Assembly (NCBI RefSeq): GCF_964355755.1
Contig: NC_092671.1
Location: forward strand, 7,812,001-7,876,000
DNA: 64,000 bases
Reading direction: 5' to 3'
From: Antedon mediterranea
Taxonomy: Eukaryota; Animalia; Echinodermata
Of the stretch, positions 24,274 through 37,498 are shown piece by piece; positions within the stretch are counted from its first letter, which is position 1, and each line of letters opens with the position of its first letter. A program made the translations under genes and the position numbers. The notes below the pieces were generated by a model that saw only the letters and a program-made list of their open reading frames with translations, was not told the DNA's origin and ran no database searches.

Positions 24274-27200
24274 AAGGTATACGTAATATACCAATCTCAC
24301 TTACTAGCAAAGGATTTTGGGACCCTTTGGTTGTAAGGCAAGCCATGGTCTCAAAACCGCCCCATTAGGGCCGAGAGTCAACAATGTAAGATGTAATAAA
24401 TGGTAGGCCTACTCTCAAATTCTAAATCCCAACCCCCACTATAATTATTTAATACAATTTTGTCGCTGCCACAAACGATTCATACCTGTATTTTGTTTGC
24501 TTGATGATTCATTCTATTGTTAGAATGTACGTTAATGTAAAGCGTGCACAAAATGTTGGATACTATACCCATTCAATCATTGACCGACATATACCTAATA
24601 TCTAGGGACGTCCTTGGTCCAAACCACTATAACGCCCTTTGGTTACTGACCTGGACAAAGGCTTAAATCAGGTCAGTGTGAAGTTTATAATTGTAAAAAT
24701 AATTAGATATTTGCTAAAGAATATAATGAAAGTTATTGAAAAAAGATTTTTCAATGGTTAAGCTAATAGTTCTTGTAATCTGTAAGGTATTTTCTACACG
24801 CTATTAAAAATAATCTATATGGTCCACTCATCAAATTTGAAAATAAAGAAAGAAAACAATGAAGCAGAAGAGAAAAGTGACATCTTGACATCAAGACATC
24901 TTTTAAAGAATCACAGCATTGTGTTTTTATTATAGAAATGTTATAATGTAAAATAGTAGAAACGCCAACAAACGAATACTATACCAATATTTTTAGTTCT
25001 ATCTCAATTTAAGGTTTAGAATACTGTGCACGGCCTAGTCTACATACACTTTTTTTTCGGAGTTTACTTCAGTTTGCAAGGTGTAGACAAAATGCAGAAA
25101 ACTAGTTTGCAGAAGTCTACAATTATAGTTTTCTAGTGTAGATCAGTTGACAAACTTTGGAAACATGCAGAAATTTGTAGAAGTCTACAACAGCAAATTT
25201 GTTATTGAAAACACAAATTTATACCAGGTTAAAAAAAAATAGGATCATGTTTTGGGAACTTAACCCACACTGACGATTTGAGAGTCTTTTTAAAACTACA
25301 CATACTCAATCATTCTATCATGTTGCCATCCTCCAGAATAAAGCATACCTGATGCAAAAATTAAACAAAAGTCCCTTCAGCCAAGTGGCACGGAGAGTAA
25401 AGAGAAAAACAAATTGGGACTCACTATAACACAGAAGCACATGGTAAGGTGAGTGGGAAATTAATAATATTTTCAAACCTAATCTGATGTGGCTGGCATG
25501 GATAGCAAGGTATAAATATATGGTGCGCCAGCCATGCAAAAAACGAATTATGAAAACCAATAATCAGATTTTCTTTAAGAGGTTCGTCAGGTTTGGTTGA
25601 ATGGCTATTTAAAATGCTATGCGCATGCACCAAAACCCGGGTGACGAAACACATAAACGTCAGTCTTTTTAAATCTAGATTAGCAGCAATTATTTTTGGC
25701 CTATTCGATTTTCAATTATTTCAAATTTTAAGTTTGTTCGGAAGGGTTAAATATAAACATTACGGCTCATTTTTAATCTGGCAAACCTAACGAAGTAAGC
25801 AAATTTGAGGCAGAGTAGACGCCTATGGTTATTGTTTGATCACAAATAAAGTAACGTACGTAAGCCTCTTAGAAATAAAAAAAGTTTAGTCATGATGGAG
25901 GAAAAATAACAACCAACGAAACACCCGCGTTGGTCTAAGTACAGATGACCCTTGGGTTTTTTCTAGGTCCACAAATAGTGCACCAACGATCTTCCACCAG
26001 TAAGATTTTAATTCTTTTATTTCGTAAAAATATCACTATTCAATTCTTTTGTTAAGCGCATGCTAATCCCCTGTCTATATGTAACAATATATGACCTTAA
26101 GCATACAAATTGTTTGCTTGTGTGTATAACTTGTTAACGACGGAGATATTACAACTTGGTATCATCACTAACTTATAATAAATACACACTAACAAAAGCG
26201 AATTAAATAAAGTGAATCATTACGCATGTCATTAATGTTTCAGAATAATTTAAGAGCAATGCTGGATATTATAACACGTTATTAAAGTGATTTCCTTATT
26301 AAGTTTAGAGACAGTCATTGAACGAATAAAAAATCTAAACGTATTTATAAGTATTGTTAAAGAATACAATGGTATATATAATAGAAAAAGACTCGCTTGA
26401 CCGGTAGTACCCTAGTCATTGTCCGTTAAGATAAATCCTCGAGAATCTGTGCCAAAAGTCACAATATTATATATTGTGCTTCAAACTAAAATTTACACGA
26501 AAGAATATTAAACATTTCCATGGCAAAGTTTATATATGTATAGATTCGTAAAACTTGAAAATACCTGATATAGGCCTATACTATCCACAATTGCATATTA
26601 AGGCTGTATAGATCCATTAATTATAATATAATAAAGATGTACTGCACTATGAAAGACGTTGTTATTTTATAGACCTATAAAATTTAAGTACTAACAACAA
26701 TATATACTGTGTCCATGGAAGTTAGCATAACAGTCTTAGTGGCTCTCGTCTATGACACAGTTTTTATATTTCGGTGTACTAAACTATAATACGTCATTAA
26801 TTTGTTACGTTAAAACATTTATTTCCATTAAGATTCAGCTAATTCCGCACATTTCATAAAAAACCCGAATAATTTAGAAATTCAAGTACAGTAATCATTG
26901 ACGAATGTCAATTGGAGAAGAAATTCATCAAAGTTCACCAAACATATTTTTGTTTATATAGAAAAATAACACAACAAGGAAGATTACAATACACTATTAA
27001 TAACATTCATCATAGGTTTGTGTCGATCCGAGAACAACTTTGGGAAATAAGAACAACATCGAGATCTTCTAGTTCAGCTGAAATCCACTTTAAACCTTTT
27101 TTGCAACGTTGGCCTGCAAGGTACTTCTACATTGGGTAAAATCTACCTCATTATTCGATTTTCTTGACGTAGAATTAGGCTCATCAATAATAAATAATAT

Positions 27201-29001
27201 TGGTGTAACCAATGATGGTACTGAACTTAATTCTTTTCGAAATGATAAAATTTAAATGTGATTCAATTATAGGCTGTCCGTTACTTGTAAGCTGGACTTG
27301 CTTCAACGAAGATTTTAGGAAGCAAACATAAATTAGGCCAACATCCGAGTGGACACGTCCTAACAGTTAAGATAAATTGATCTTAGTTGTTATATAAATT
27401 AACATCAAAGAATCCGATCAACAAAATACAGTGTACAAACCTACAGGAAGCATTCATATAGGTGATGATAAACATGGTCCGTATAGTATTTTACCTTAAC
27501 CATGAAGAAACATCTAAAAGGACATTGAAGTTTGGCCCGACTTTCACCATCACTCATAAAAATCTATAGACCTTTTCCCCACACAAGTAGCCTAATGTTC
27601 ACCAGATGATCGCTTCTTGTAAAGAGCTTTCATTTTTGTAAAGAGGCTATAAAATGTTGTACAATGTTAATGTATTCAATTAGCCTATCTTCGTTTTCTG
27701 TTGCATTTCTGTCACATATTTCATTACTATGTTGTTAGATACACTTGAACCTATTGTACTTTTCCTTGATTAATTATGTTAACGTTATTTATACATAATA
27801 ATTCTGTTATATTCTATGTCACTGCAAAATGACATAGGTTAATGTGTTCGTTTCTACAAAGCCTGCAATATTTATTTTTGATAAATTTGATCATAAACAC
27901 ATTTTCATAACGTTGAGAAGAATAATTCAACAATATATACATCATCAGTCGATTGCATATCCGTAACTAAAAACGTTTTATTTTTCAAAATGTTATTATT
28001 TCATGGTTCTTACGGAGGAAAGTATTAATTCGTTATATTTACAATTGTCCTACGCTTTCTAGAATTATTATTAGACTGCACTACCGGTACACCGGTACTT
28101 CTTAGATATCTTGACAGTTTTAAGTATTACTAAATTCTTTTACATCACCAATTTTGTTTTGTTTTTTCAATATACTGGACTGGACTAATAATCATTAAAT
28201 ACTAGGCCTGATAGAGGACTTATTTAGTAGATAAATCACAAAAAATGTCATTTCACATCTATCTGTTGTCCTATCATATTGCGTGTGCGATATTTGAATT
28301 TTAATTTCACACTCGATCCCGCTTTAAGTTGCCTATGGCTATACGTATATATTTAAGATTTTTACTAAAATTAATAGTGACCATTTAGCCAAAGAAATTA
28401 TTTTTAATTGGACAAGTCAGCTTCTTAAATGTTATGAAGGTAATAAAAATATGGACTTTTCAAAGTGATATTGGAAATGTATTTACGTGGTCTGTGAGGA
28501 AGATAGGCAAAGGAACAATCGCTTAATCCTTTTACAGAATACTCACAGTATTGAACCTAAAAAATGGTACTAAAATGACTACAAAAATGACCTAAAAACG
28601 TATGACCTAATATGAGGTGTGCATTGCTTTTAAATTACATTTGTACTAGTTTACATGATTTAAAACAGAAATGATTTGATCTTGTTTTCCTTGCATTAGC
28701 AATATACATGGATTACATTGTTTTTAAATGCACAATTTCTACATAGAAACAAATCTATCCATATGTATTTCAGTATTACTCATGGTAGATGGGATAAAAT
28801 AAAAAAAAAACTTAAAATGATCTTATAAAATTACTTCTTTTACTTATAATTTTAAAATATTTTTAGTTTAGGAATCAATCAATTCTATCTATAAACATTT
28901 TTTTATTTTATCCTACACAGGTATTTTTTCAATGTTCAGTTAATTATTTGAGATTGTATTGAGACGTTTACAGTTTACAAATACACCATTATAATATAAA
29001 G

Positions 29002-29149
29002 ACTGAAAAAATGACAATTATGTGGGTAATCAGTGTCTGGATCTCAATGGAGATACAAATAAAATAAGCAAAAGCTATAACAAAACGTTAAAGTAAAACA
29101 GCCAGAAATAAATTGCAGAGCTTTCGGGCAACACAAAGCCTTCCTCTGA
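29002..29149 (-). mobile_element. Penelope-like terminal repeat fragment, copy A (hammerhead core mutated)
   Basis: Shares CTGGATCTCAATGGAGATACAAA, AAGTAAAACAGCCAGAAA and GCAGAGCTTTCGGGCAACAC with copy B; the CTGATGA box reads CAGAGGA. Confidence 0.65.
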
Positions 29150-29696
29150 CATATTAGGCTGTGTTTATACAACACCCTAAATTTGAACACGTCTTAGGAT
29201 TTTAAATCTGCTTTTAAAATTTAAAAAAAAGAACGTTTCAAAATTAGGATAAAACTATGCTACATTTTTCCAAATTATGCCAACATTTGATTAGCGTTTA
29301 TATTAAGCGTTAAATCGGTTAAAATAGGCCTATGCACTTATTTACATAATACACAACAGCCAGCCAGTCCGGCCAGTTTAACCAAGAAATAACAATACGA
29401 GGTGTTTGAGGTATGACATGACCTTGAAATTGTTAATTTATTTATAATAATTAAACAGGCCCACCTCTTTCAAGATATATTTACTAAAAGTTCAGTTTGT
29501 ACCTCACGTCATTTTTTGTTGTTGTTTTCGCACTCTTGAAGTATTTCAATTACCTTAGAAATAAGGAAATTATCAATACCAATTCTTTGAACAACCTTAT
29601 AGTAACTGGGTCGAGTCAACATACTTATTAAACTATATGATAGTAATACCAATAGAACTATGGTATACCATTTTAAGCTTCCAGTATACCACGTTA

Positions 29697-29821
29697 TTAG
29701 AAATCCGCCTCTATGGGGACACCCACAATGAGACACATTTCCCTTAAAGGAACGGGAGGAATTACACCTTATTCAAGGGGCATCCCAATCTCGAAGGTCC
29801 CTTAATATGGGTTCTATGGTA
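29697..29821. mobile_element. Degenerate MITE related to 1535-1692
   Basis: TAGAA...CCTCTATGGGGACACC...GGTCCCTTAATATGGGTTCTA; shared GGACAC/GTCCC subterminal motifs. Confidence 0.45.
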
Positions 29822-31039
29822 TTAGAAATCGAGAAAATTACATCGACCATCTGGTAAAAAATACAGACACTCAGCACATGATGAGATGGGAGAGGAAAGG
29901 CAAACAATGAAAAGCTGCAAAACAATGGATGAGATAAGAGAAAGGAAAATTGTTGGAAAATTGTGATAGAAGGAATATATGATGAGGGGGAGGGGGGGGG
30001 GCGGGAGGGTGGAGAAGATAGCTATGACAGATAGACTTAAAATAACAACAATACGCATTCTGAACTAAAAAGGGAAATATAGACCTGATAACAATGTAGA
30101 CCCAATGTAAGGTGAGGTAGGCGGTAATATGGTTTATGTTAAGATTTTTGTTTGTTTCATTTTTTTTTAAAACCCTGATAATAATTATGCTATTTAAGGA
30201 AATCAGGTCTACCTCATTTTCAAGTTCTATGAACGAAAAGTACAATGTAATTATAAAGCTATTCTTATGACGTTATAATGGGGGTGGATTTGTCATTCTA
30301 CCTCACGTAGGTCTAGCCTATAACGTAATTCTTAGAAGCAATTCATGTTTGTGATTCATAGTAAATAGGAACAAAAGATATTGTTTATTACCTTATAGTA
30401 TAACAAATCGTGCCAATTATTATATTGATATTACCGGTAGGCCTATTCTTATTTTAAGGGAAGAACATCAAAAGCAAACCCAAAAATACTGAAATAATTT
30501 TGTTTAATATATTACTTGTAAAGGAAGAAAGTAATCTCTAAACGAAAATAAATAATAAATAACGGCTTAGTTTCTTAATGTGATTCTGATACTTTGAATA
30601 TAGAGCCTCTAAAAGGGGACTCATCAAAGTTGGCTCTGACGCTTCACGTCACGTCACAATCACAGTTTAGGTTCGTTTTGTGCAGTAAACAAGTACCAAA
30701 TAAATGTCCCCTAATTAATTGGTCTCCCTAAATAATAGGGAGGCCATAATGCTATAAAGTCATTACAGGTCTGTTATAATAACGCACTTAGAAAGATTTT
30801 AAGACGCTCAAGGAGCTGTAGTGCTAGTGCTATGTTTGTTGATAACCATGTTCCCTCCTTCTATGAGTACATTCGGAAATCAATTTTTTGTTTCAAAACA
30901 AAAATTGAAAAAAGCTGTAATACTTTAATTACATGTGTTTTTTCTCGTATTCTAAAAGATTCAAAGTTGCATAGAAAATGGACAGAACTTTTGTATATTT
31001 AATCTCATGTATACTTTTACGTGTGTTATCTAGTATCGG

Positions 31040-31130
31040 TATAGCCATAATAATGTGTTGTTTTTGTAAACTTTATGTGTTTCATATGGACAGTTTGTCT
31101 GAAATAAAGTTGAATTGAATTGAATTGAAT
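31040..31130 (+). mobile_element. CR1/L2-type non-LTR retrotransposon 3' end
   Basis: T-rich tract, AATAAA (31103-31108), then (TTGAA)4. Confidence 0.45.
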
Positions 31131-31354
31131 GCCTCTCGTTCGTTTGGGAAGTGTCTCCTGGTTAGGGGCCTGGTTCTCTACTGTATTACATTTTGAGCAT
31201 TCAGTGACTTTTGAATGCCGATGAACACATTTACGGTATAATCACAAATCGCTCGATAGACATTTTTAATCTTTATATTTTGCTAAAATTTGTATATGAG
31301 AACACATCCATGATTCGTGTATTTTAATCATTTCTGTGTATTCTAATTTAGTCT

Positions 31355-31515
31355 TAAACTCTGTCTACACTAACTAGTTTGACAAAACAAGTGTGATGTG
31401 CCCAAATATGGTAGTAACATGCTCAAATATTGTAGTGATATGACATCATCATGTCCATATGGGTACATCACATTTATGTTGTCACATAAGGTTTGATAGT
31501 GTAGACAGATCTTTA
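31355..31515. mobile_element. MITE, ~160 bp, Harbinger-like
   Basis: Terminal inverted repeat TCTGTCTACACT (31360-31371) / AGTGTAGACAGA (31498-31509); internal inverted TGTGATGTGCCCA / TGGGTACATCACA; TAA/TTA-type flanks. Confidence 0.7.
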
Positions 31516-32599
31516 GACATTCGTATATAAAATCTGATTCGCGTTATCTTGAGCTATTGTCTTTTAATCATTTCTGTTTATTTATTTTCAAATATTTCTT
31601 CAATTTATATGCTACTTTTTAATTTTAATTTGTTTAATAAAGATGCCACAATTATATTAGCCATGGCAAAGTTAAATTTATAAATTTCTAGCCATCTTTT
31701 ACATAAGAAAACAATCCATCAAAATGCTGAAATGCTAAGAATCAGATTTTCCGTAGTTTCCGTTCAAATAGAATTTATCCATCAATCATATGAAAATATG
31801 TTAGTGCTATTCTTGATATAGTACCTGGTTACCGACCATTAAAGCCCTTGTCTAACACGTGTAAGCCCTCTTTTTAATGAATACATGAACCTCAATATTC
31901 GATCTATAACGGAATTCATGCTCTGTCGGTCTTATAGAAAATGATAGTGATATCGTCTTTGTATAAATGGATACAATACAAGTTCATGGTAACACAACAA
32001 GTTCCATTTCTTGAATTAGTGTCTTTACATTATGTTTAGATCGATATTTACTTAAACGGGTTCATTCATTTGTAACTTTTATTACATTTTGTTTGTAAAA
32101 AAAAAGTAATTGAATGGTTTGTTCCCTTTGTAACACCCAACCTGATTCTGGATTTTGTCTGCCAAATTTTAAACAACCAGCTGCCCAAACAGGTTTTTTT
32201 TTAAAGAAGCTATTCTTTTGTCTATCATATAATTGTTTTAATCATAATTCATATAATTTTAAATATTTTTAAAGTTCACGTATTAATATTTTTCTGTTTC
32301 TATGGAATGTTTTTTTTCCGAAGTAGTTTTGATGAAACTATGAAAAGTTCATGTACGCCTATAATGGCAGAATTAAACAAAATGGCTAAATATAGAATAT
32401 CTAGAAATGTTGCTAACATTATTATTGTGTAATAAAAATAAATATATTATAGGCGTAAGTCTTATTAGAAAACCTCCAATATCACCATACATTGTTGTTT
32501 TTTAATTAAACGCAAATAAAACGGAGAGGAAACGACTTTGAATGATGGCCGGTTCTCAATATTCATGTATCTATATATAAATGAATCCAAAGGCAAATT

Positions 32600-32750
32600 A
32601 CTGAAAATAATGACAATGCTGTGGGTATCAGTGGCTGGATCTCAATGGAGATACAAAATAAAAGCGAAAAGCTAAATCAAAACGAGAAGTAAAACAGCCA
32701 GAAAAGTTAGCAGAGCTTTCGGGCAACACTAGCCCTTCATCAGTGCAAGT
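32600..32750 (-). mobile_element. Penelope-like terminal repeat / retrozyme fragment, copy B
   Basis: Hammerhead followed by a T-rich tract and TCTCCATTGAGATCCAGCCACTGATACCCAC; aligns by eye with 29002-29149 and 43563-43700. Confidence 0.65.
32707..32748 (-). ncRNA. Minimal type I hammerhead ribozyme motif (family 2, intact core)
   Basis: Minus strand reads TTGCA-CTGATGA-A-GGGC-TAGTGTT-GCCC-GAAA-GCTC-TGCTAA: both core boxes, 4-bp stem II, palindromic AGCT at stem III, stem I GCA/TGC. Predicted cut after CUC, between 32713 and 32712. Confidence 0.75.
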
Positions 32751-35700
32751 GAAGGAATTTGGATAACGTCATAGTATAAAGCTGGCAAGTGCTGCCTGGG
32801 TGGACAGGAATAAAAGAATATAAATGATCTATATAATTTGTCCAGTATCATAGCCAAGTTATGTAATATGGTATCACATATTATATATCACACGTGAAGC
32901 CTGTATCTAGGTCATAAGCATAACCTGCCTAGTCACATTTGATCATATATGACACGATATTACAGAAATTGCCTAATTATTAATTATTAATAATTCCATA
33001 ATTGGAGACACAGCACAAAATCCGGAAATAATAACAGTTATATGACAAAATGTTTATCTATTCACAGTTTAATAACTTGATTGAAATTCGATTATTATAC
33101 AGAACGCGTGGGGACTCTCTTCTGTTTTGATCCTCTTCAGCAATTTCATTAACAACATCAACAACAACAACAACAAGCCTATCATCAGGGGAATAATCGT
33201 TGTCATCATCACAATCATCATCTTCTTTCATTGTGTTCCCACTTTCCAAGACCTTCAAAATTATATTTTTGTAACGAACACACATTTAAACTTTCAATGG
33301 TTACATACGGGATCTATTTTTGGTTGGTAACTTCTTTGGTAACCTATGGTACGCCAACAATAACAAGGTTACAATTTACAGTTAGTAGAAAAGCGGAAAA
33401 ATAAAGTGTGGTATGACTTCAACAATCCAAAGACAGTAAAAATGACAAACACAAAATATAACATCATGATTGGATTAGAAAATTTATTTACATATAACTG
33501 TACAACATTAAACTGGAAAATATATAAGATTTCCACATAAGTCGAAATTTTAAAAAGGGAGAATATTATATTATACTAGTTTAGGTACATCATTCACAGT
33601 ATAATTAAAAATAACAATAAATATTATGATATAAAACATATAAACGAAATATGACATGTAGTTTAAATAAATTAGATATCTTTATACATTCTGGTGAAAT
33701 GAAATAATGCTCCAGAAAATATGACATTTCTGCCATTTTTACAATTAATACGATAATAAAAATGAAAGATTCCTTCAATAATTAGTACCACATTTCATTT
33801 TTTATCACCAGTAAACTTTTATTATGATTTGTTTTTCTTTTTTTAATAATACCTGGCATGCTATCAGGATTGTCTGTGATATAAAAATGTCTGACAACAA
33901 ATGACGAGTACAGAAATTGTTGCAGAAATGACAAAAAAGATGCATTATTATTTGAGATTGATATTACCTTTGTAAGATAAGACTTGACCCAGATACAGAC
34001 ACCACATGAACCGAAATGATTCTCTCCAAATTTAATTTGGAAGTTAAAATTCGTTTAGATTTAAAATGGTTTAGTCTATAAAAATTAATATACAGATTGA
34101 TAATACATAATAATATTTCATTTCAGCAGTGGAAACCAGTAATTAAGTCAATCCCTATATATTCTCTCAGATTGAAATTTCAATCTTACTCATTTGAGGT
34201 TCTGCGGACTGATAATTAAAACATTGATTACGTGATTTCAACTTGACTTTTGCGTGATTCTGTAAAACTAGATCGTAATGTTTAAAACTATTCACTATTT
34301 ACTTCTTAAGAGATTCGCATGGTGTTGGCAGACTGGAGGTTAGCTTATTAGTTTAAAATCAGAGATTAATTTATCTTATATATAATTATAAAACGTATGT
34401 TGCTATATAAATCGCCATTGAATATTACCAATGTCAGTTGGGGATAAACCATAACCTCATCTTTGGATCAAAAATCAATAACCCGGGAATTTAAGCTGGG
34501 TCGAACAGTGCTGCCAGCTAATCAAAACGGCTTTGAATGCACAAAATAGAAAGTCTTCAATTGAACAGAAATGTCATTTATGGCCGTGAATTATGCAATG
34601 CATAACTAATAGGTATTCAATTAAAGTAGTCCATGCAAATAGTTGTTGGTTTAAATTCAGTTTTTGCAGACACAGACCCCAGTCAAGTTAACAAAATGTA
34701 TCAAATCAAGTGTCAGAATAAGTGAGTCGATGGTTTTAAAACTCACTACGAGTAGTTTATTTTGTAGAAAATAAAGCCCCAAAAATGTATTAATCAATAG
34801 AAAATAATTTCAAATGGTAAGTTCGATGCTTTTTAATATTAACGAAACATATCGGGTTTCTACTGTGGATTTTCTTAATTCGTTCGAAATCCAGACTAGA
34901 GTGATTGACGGCCATTTTTGGATATTAATAATTGTTTAGATTCGTATTTGTCGTATTAGTACCGTAAGCGCTAACATGACAAGCGATAAAGGTTATGCAA
35001 ATAGGGGATTAATTGGATTAATTTAGGATAAAGTAGGATTAGGATTCATCTTGAAAAATGAAAATGATAATAAGGCAATTGATAGCAGAGGCTAATCGTA
35101 TGCACTGTGACACGCGTAAGACATCCGACGATTGACTCGATAACCTAGTAGCAGTTGGCATTTCGTATACCACCTGACGCTTGAATGACGTGACAAAAAA
35201 AAAAAAAAAACGCGCGAGCCTGCGCAATCGGACAGTAATACCAAATCAATTAATCCTCATATAGAAAGTTTTTTTTTAACTAAAAATGGAATATGTTTTA
35301 TTTAGGCCTTGCGTTAATTTTGAGTTCCATATCGCAGTTACCGGTATTCTAAGAAAAAGCTTATTTTCATTTTACACTACAAAATAATGTTTTATCTCTG
35401 AATTGTTTCAAGGTGCTACATCGGCCTATCTAACATACCCTCATTAAAATTAAAATGCGATAAGTTCTAAGAAATATGAGAGGTAGTTGTTTAAACAAAC
35501 AAATAGCCAATACAGTATGAGATGGAATTATTATTTTAACAAGTCATGTTTTGTGGTTAAAAACCGCCCACATTAAAATGAAACTGCACATTAAATATTG
35601 CCCATTGATTTTTAATGTACCGCCACGTCGTCAAAAACCCCACCAATTATATATGGTGGAGCGAATTATTATTATTCTTTTATTTCATATAAAACATCAA

Positions 35701-36319
35701 AAAAACATTAATTATCTTTTCTCTAATCATTATATTTATTTAGAGTGTGCCTACCTTTTCTTTTAGTATTTAACTTTAATATTGTCTTGATTAAGGTTTT
35801 GAATGTTGAGTTGCTTTTAATGATTGTCATTCACTTAAAAACATAATTCACAGTGTACCGTGTATGGAATTGACGATTTCTGTTTTGTTAAAAAAAAAAT
35901 TTACTGGTTAAAGGAGTGTGTGCATAACAAGAAATGCAAGAGCAATATTGTAAACCTTGAGGATCGATAGGACTACTGGAAAATTATTATCAATCGTTAA
36001 GTCCGACATTTTCTCAAACCCACTTCAACCTCATCAATTAAAAATCATTAACATATTTGTCTAAGCATACAGGCACTGCATTACAGAAGTTGCGTATACC
36101 GAACAGATAACCCCATATGTAGAGATACAATACAGAGAATCGGGTGGCATATCTTACTCAACACCATGTAGAAACTCAGTGATACATTCACCACATTACA
36201 AGTTCTAAACGAATTAATGTTCTTAGTGTAACACGTACACCATACATTGGTATGATTGGGGAGGATTAAATTGGTGGGTGACTTCCTGCCATTATGGATG
36301 TTTGTACATGCTTCCACCA

Positions 36320-36630
36320 TCAACATGCGTTAACATCACTCAGTTCTCTTCGGTGGCTAAGATGATGCTCGGACGTCGATGACAACTTCTTGTGTTTGTC
36401 GCTCTTTTCTTTTTCATTCATTTTCTTCATTTTCATCCGCCTGTTCTGGAACCAAATTTTGATTTGTCTTTCTGTAAGGTTTAATGTCTGTGAGAGTTTT
36501 GCCCGCCTATCTCGTGTCAAGTACATGTTCGATTGGAATTCACGTTCAAGTTCGAAAATCTGTTGTTTAGAATACGGTCGACGCTTTGTCCTTCTTGGTG
36601 TTGTTGTGAAAAGCAGAGGGGCTGTAGGAC
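36320..36630 (-). CDS. Hox11/13b: Posterior Hox gene 2 (Hox11/13b-like), homeobox exon
   Basis: Extending the track ORF (36526) upstream in frame gives [75 protein letters not shown]..., stop TGA at 36322-36320. NMYL, KLSQ and MKMKK plus tail-to-tail linkage to gene 1 favour Hox11/13b; Hox11/13d/e cannot be excluded without a tree. Confidence 0.88.
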
Positions 36631-37114
36631 CTAAAAATGATACAAAATAGTAATATTTGTTTATTAGTAATAGTAATTATTATTTTTTATTATTTGACAA
36701 CACTAAAGTTATTCTTGTGTGTATGACTATAATAGAGAACAATACATCAGTCTGATATATGTTATATATCTGAAATATCTAATATCCTAAATACCCACTA
36801 CAGGACAGGTCTGAACAAACAACAGACACTATAGGTACATCACTTATCACATAGATCATGATTGGAGGGACAAATGGCAGATGGAGAGAAAAGCCGGATA
36901 AGTGTCTTTATGTCATCGTCAGAATGCCTCAAAATTAACGAGTAAACGAGTAAAGTCATTGTAATAAACATACCATTTATATCACAGAAGCCTAACGATG
37001 AATGGAAATGTTCCAATTAAATAATAATGTTAAAAATACTAAAGAAGAAATTTTAAAAAGGCCTTTTTTTAAACTGTTATCGTTATAATCCCTTTTGCGA
37101 GATCATAACGTATA

Positions 37115-37498
37115 ATTTACACTAGGGCGATAACGATCGACGATAAAAAGATAAATATGCATTTTCCATACCTAAAACAAAAGAATTCTAAAAAATTTCA
37201 TCCTAGAACTATAGGATTATCATCTATGCTGCCTTTAATGAAAATAATATTTTCACACGTCCAATCAAATGACGTAATGATTGTAAGAGCAATAATATCG
37301 TTACAATACAACGATTTTATGGTTTTATTGATCATGACGTCATTTGATTGAATTTTCAAAAATATTATTTTTATCAAATACAGCATACATGATTATCCTA
37401 TAGTTATAGAACGAAAAATGTTCTAATTTCTTTCGTTTTATCCAAGAAAAATGCATGTTTATCTATTTATCGTCGATCGTTATCGCCATAATGTAAAT
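37115..37498. mobile_element. Fold-back MITE, ~384 bp imperfect palindrome (PIF/Harbinger-like end)
   Basis: GGCGATAACGATCGACGATAAA (37126) is the exact reverse complement of TTTATCGTCGATCGTTATCGCC (ends 37487); pairing continues inward (AACTATAGGAT/ATCCTATAGTT, CAATCAAATGACGT/ACGTCATTTGATTG). Right end runs into TGTAAATGGGTCTTTAA. Confidence 0.8.

Noticed and set aside
29822-30245. Pro-rich minus-strand ORFs
   Set aside because: Caused by a poly-G run; no domain or splice support.
33058-33330. Acidic and poly-Asn/Ile ORFs
   Set aside because: Degenerate CAA/CAT low-complexity DNA.
36081-36326. 81-aa ORF overlapping the gene 2 stop
   Set aside because: Different frame in the 3' UTR, no recognisable protein.
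36390-36650. 86-aa plus-strand ORF
   Set aside because: Antisense shadow of the gene 2 homeobox exon.
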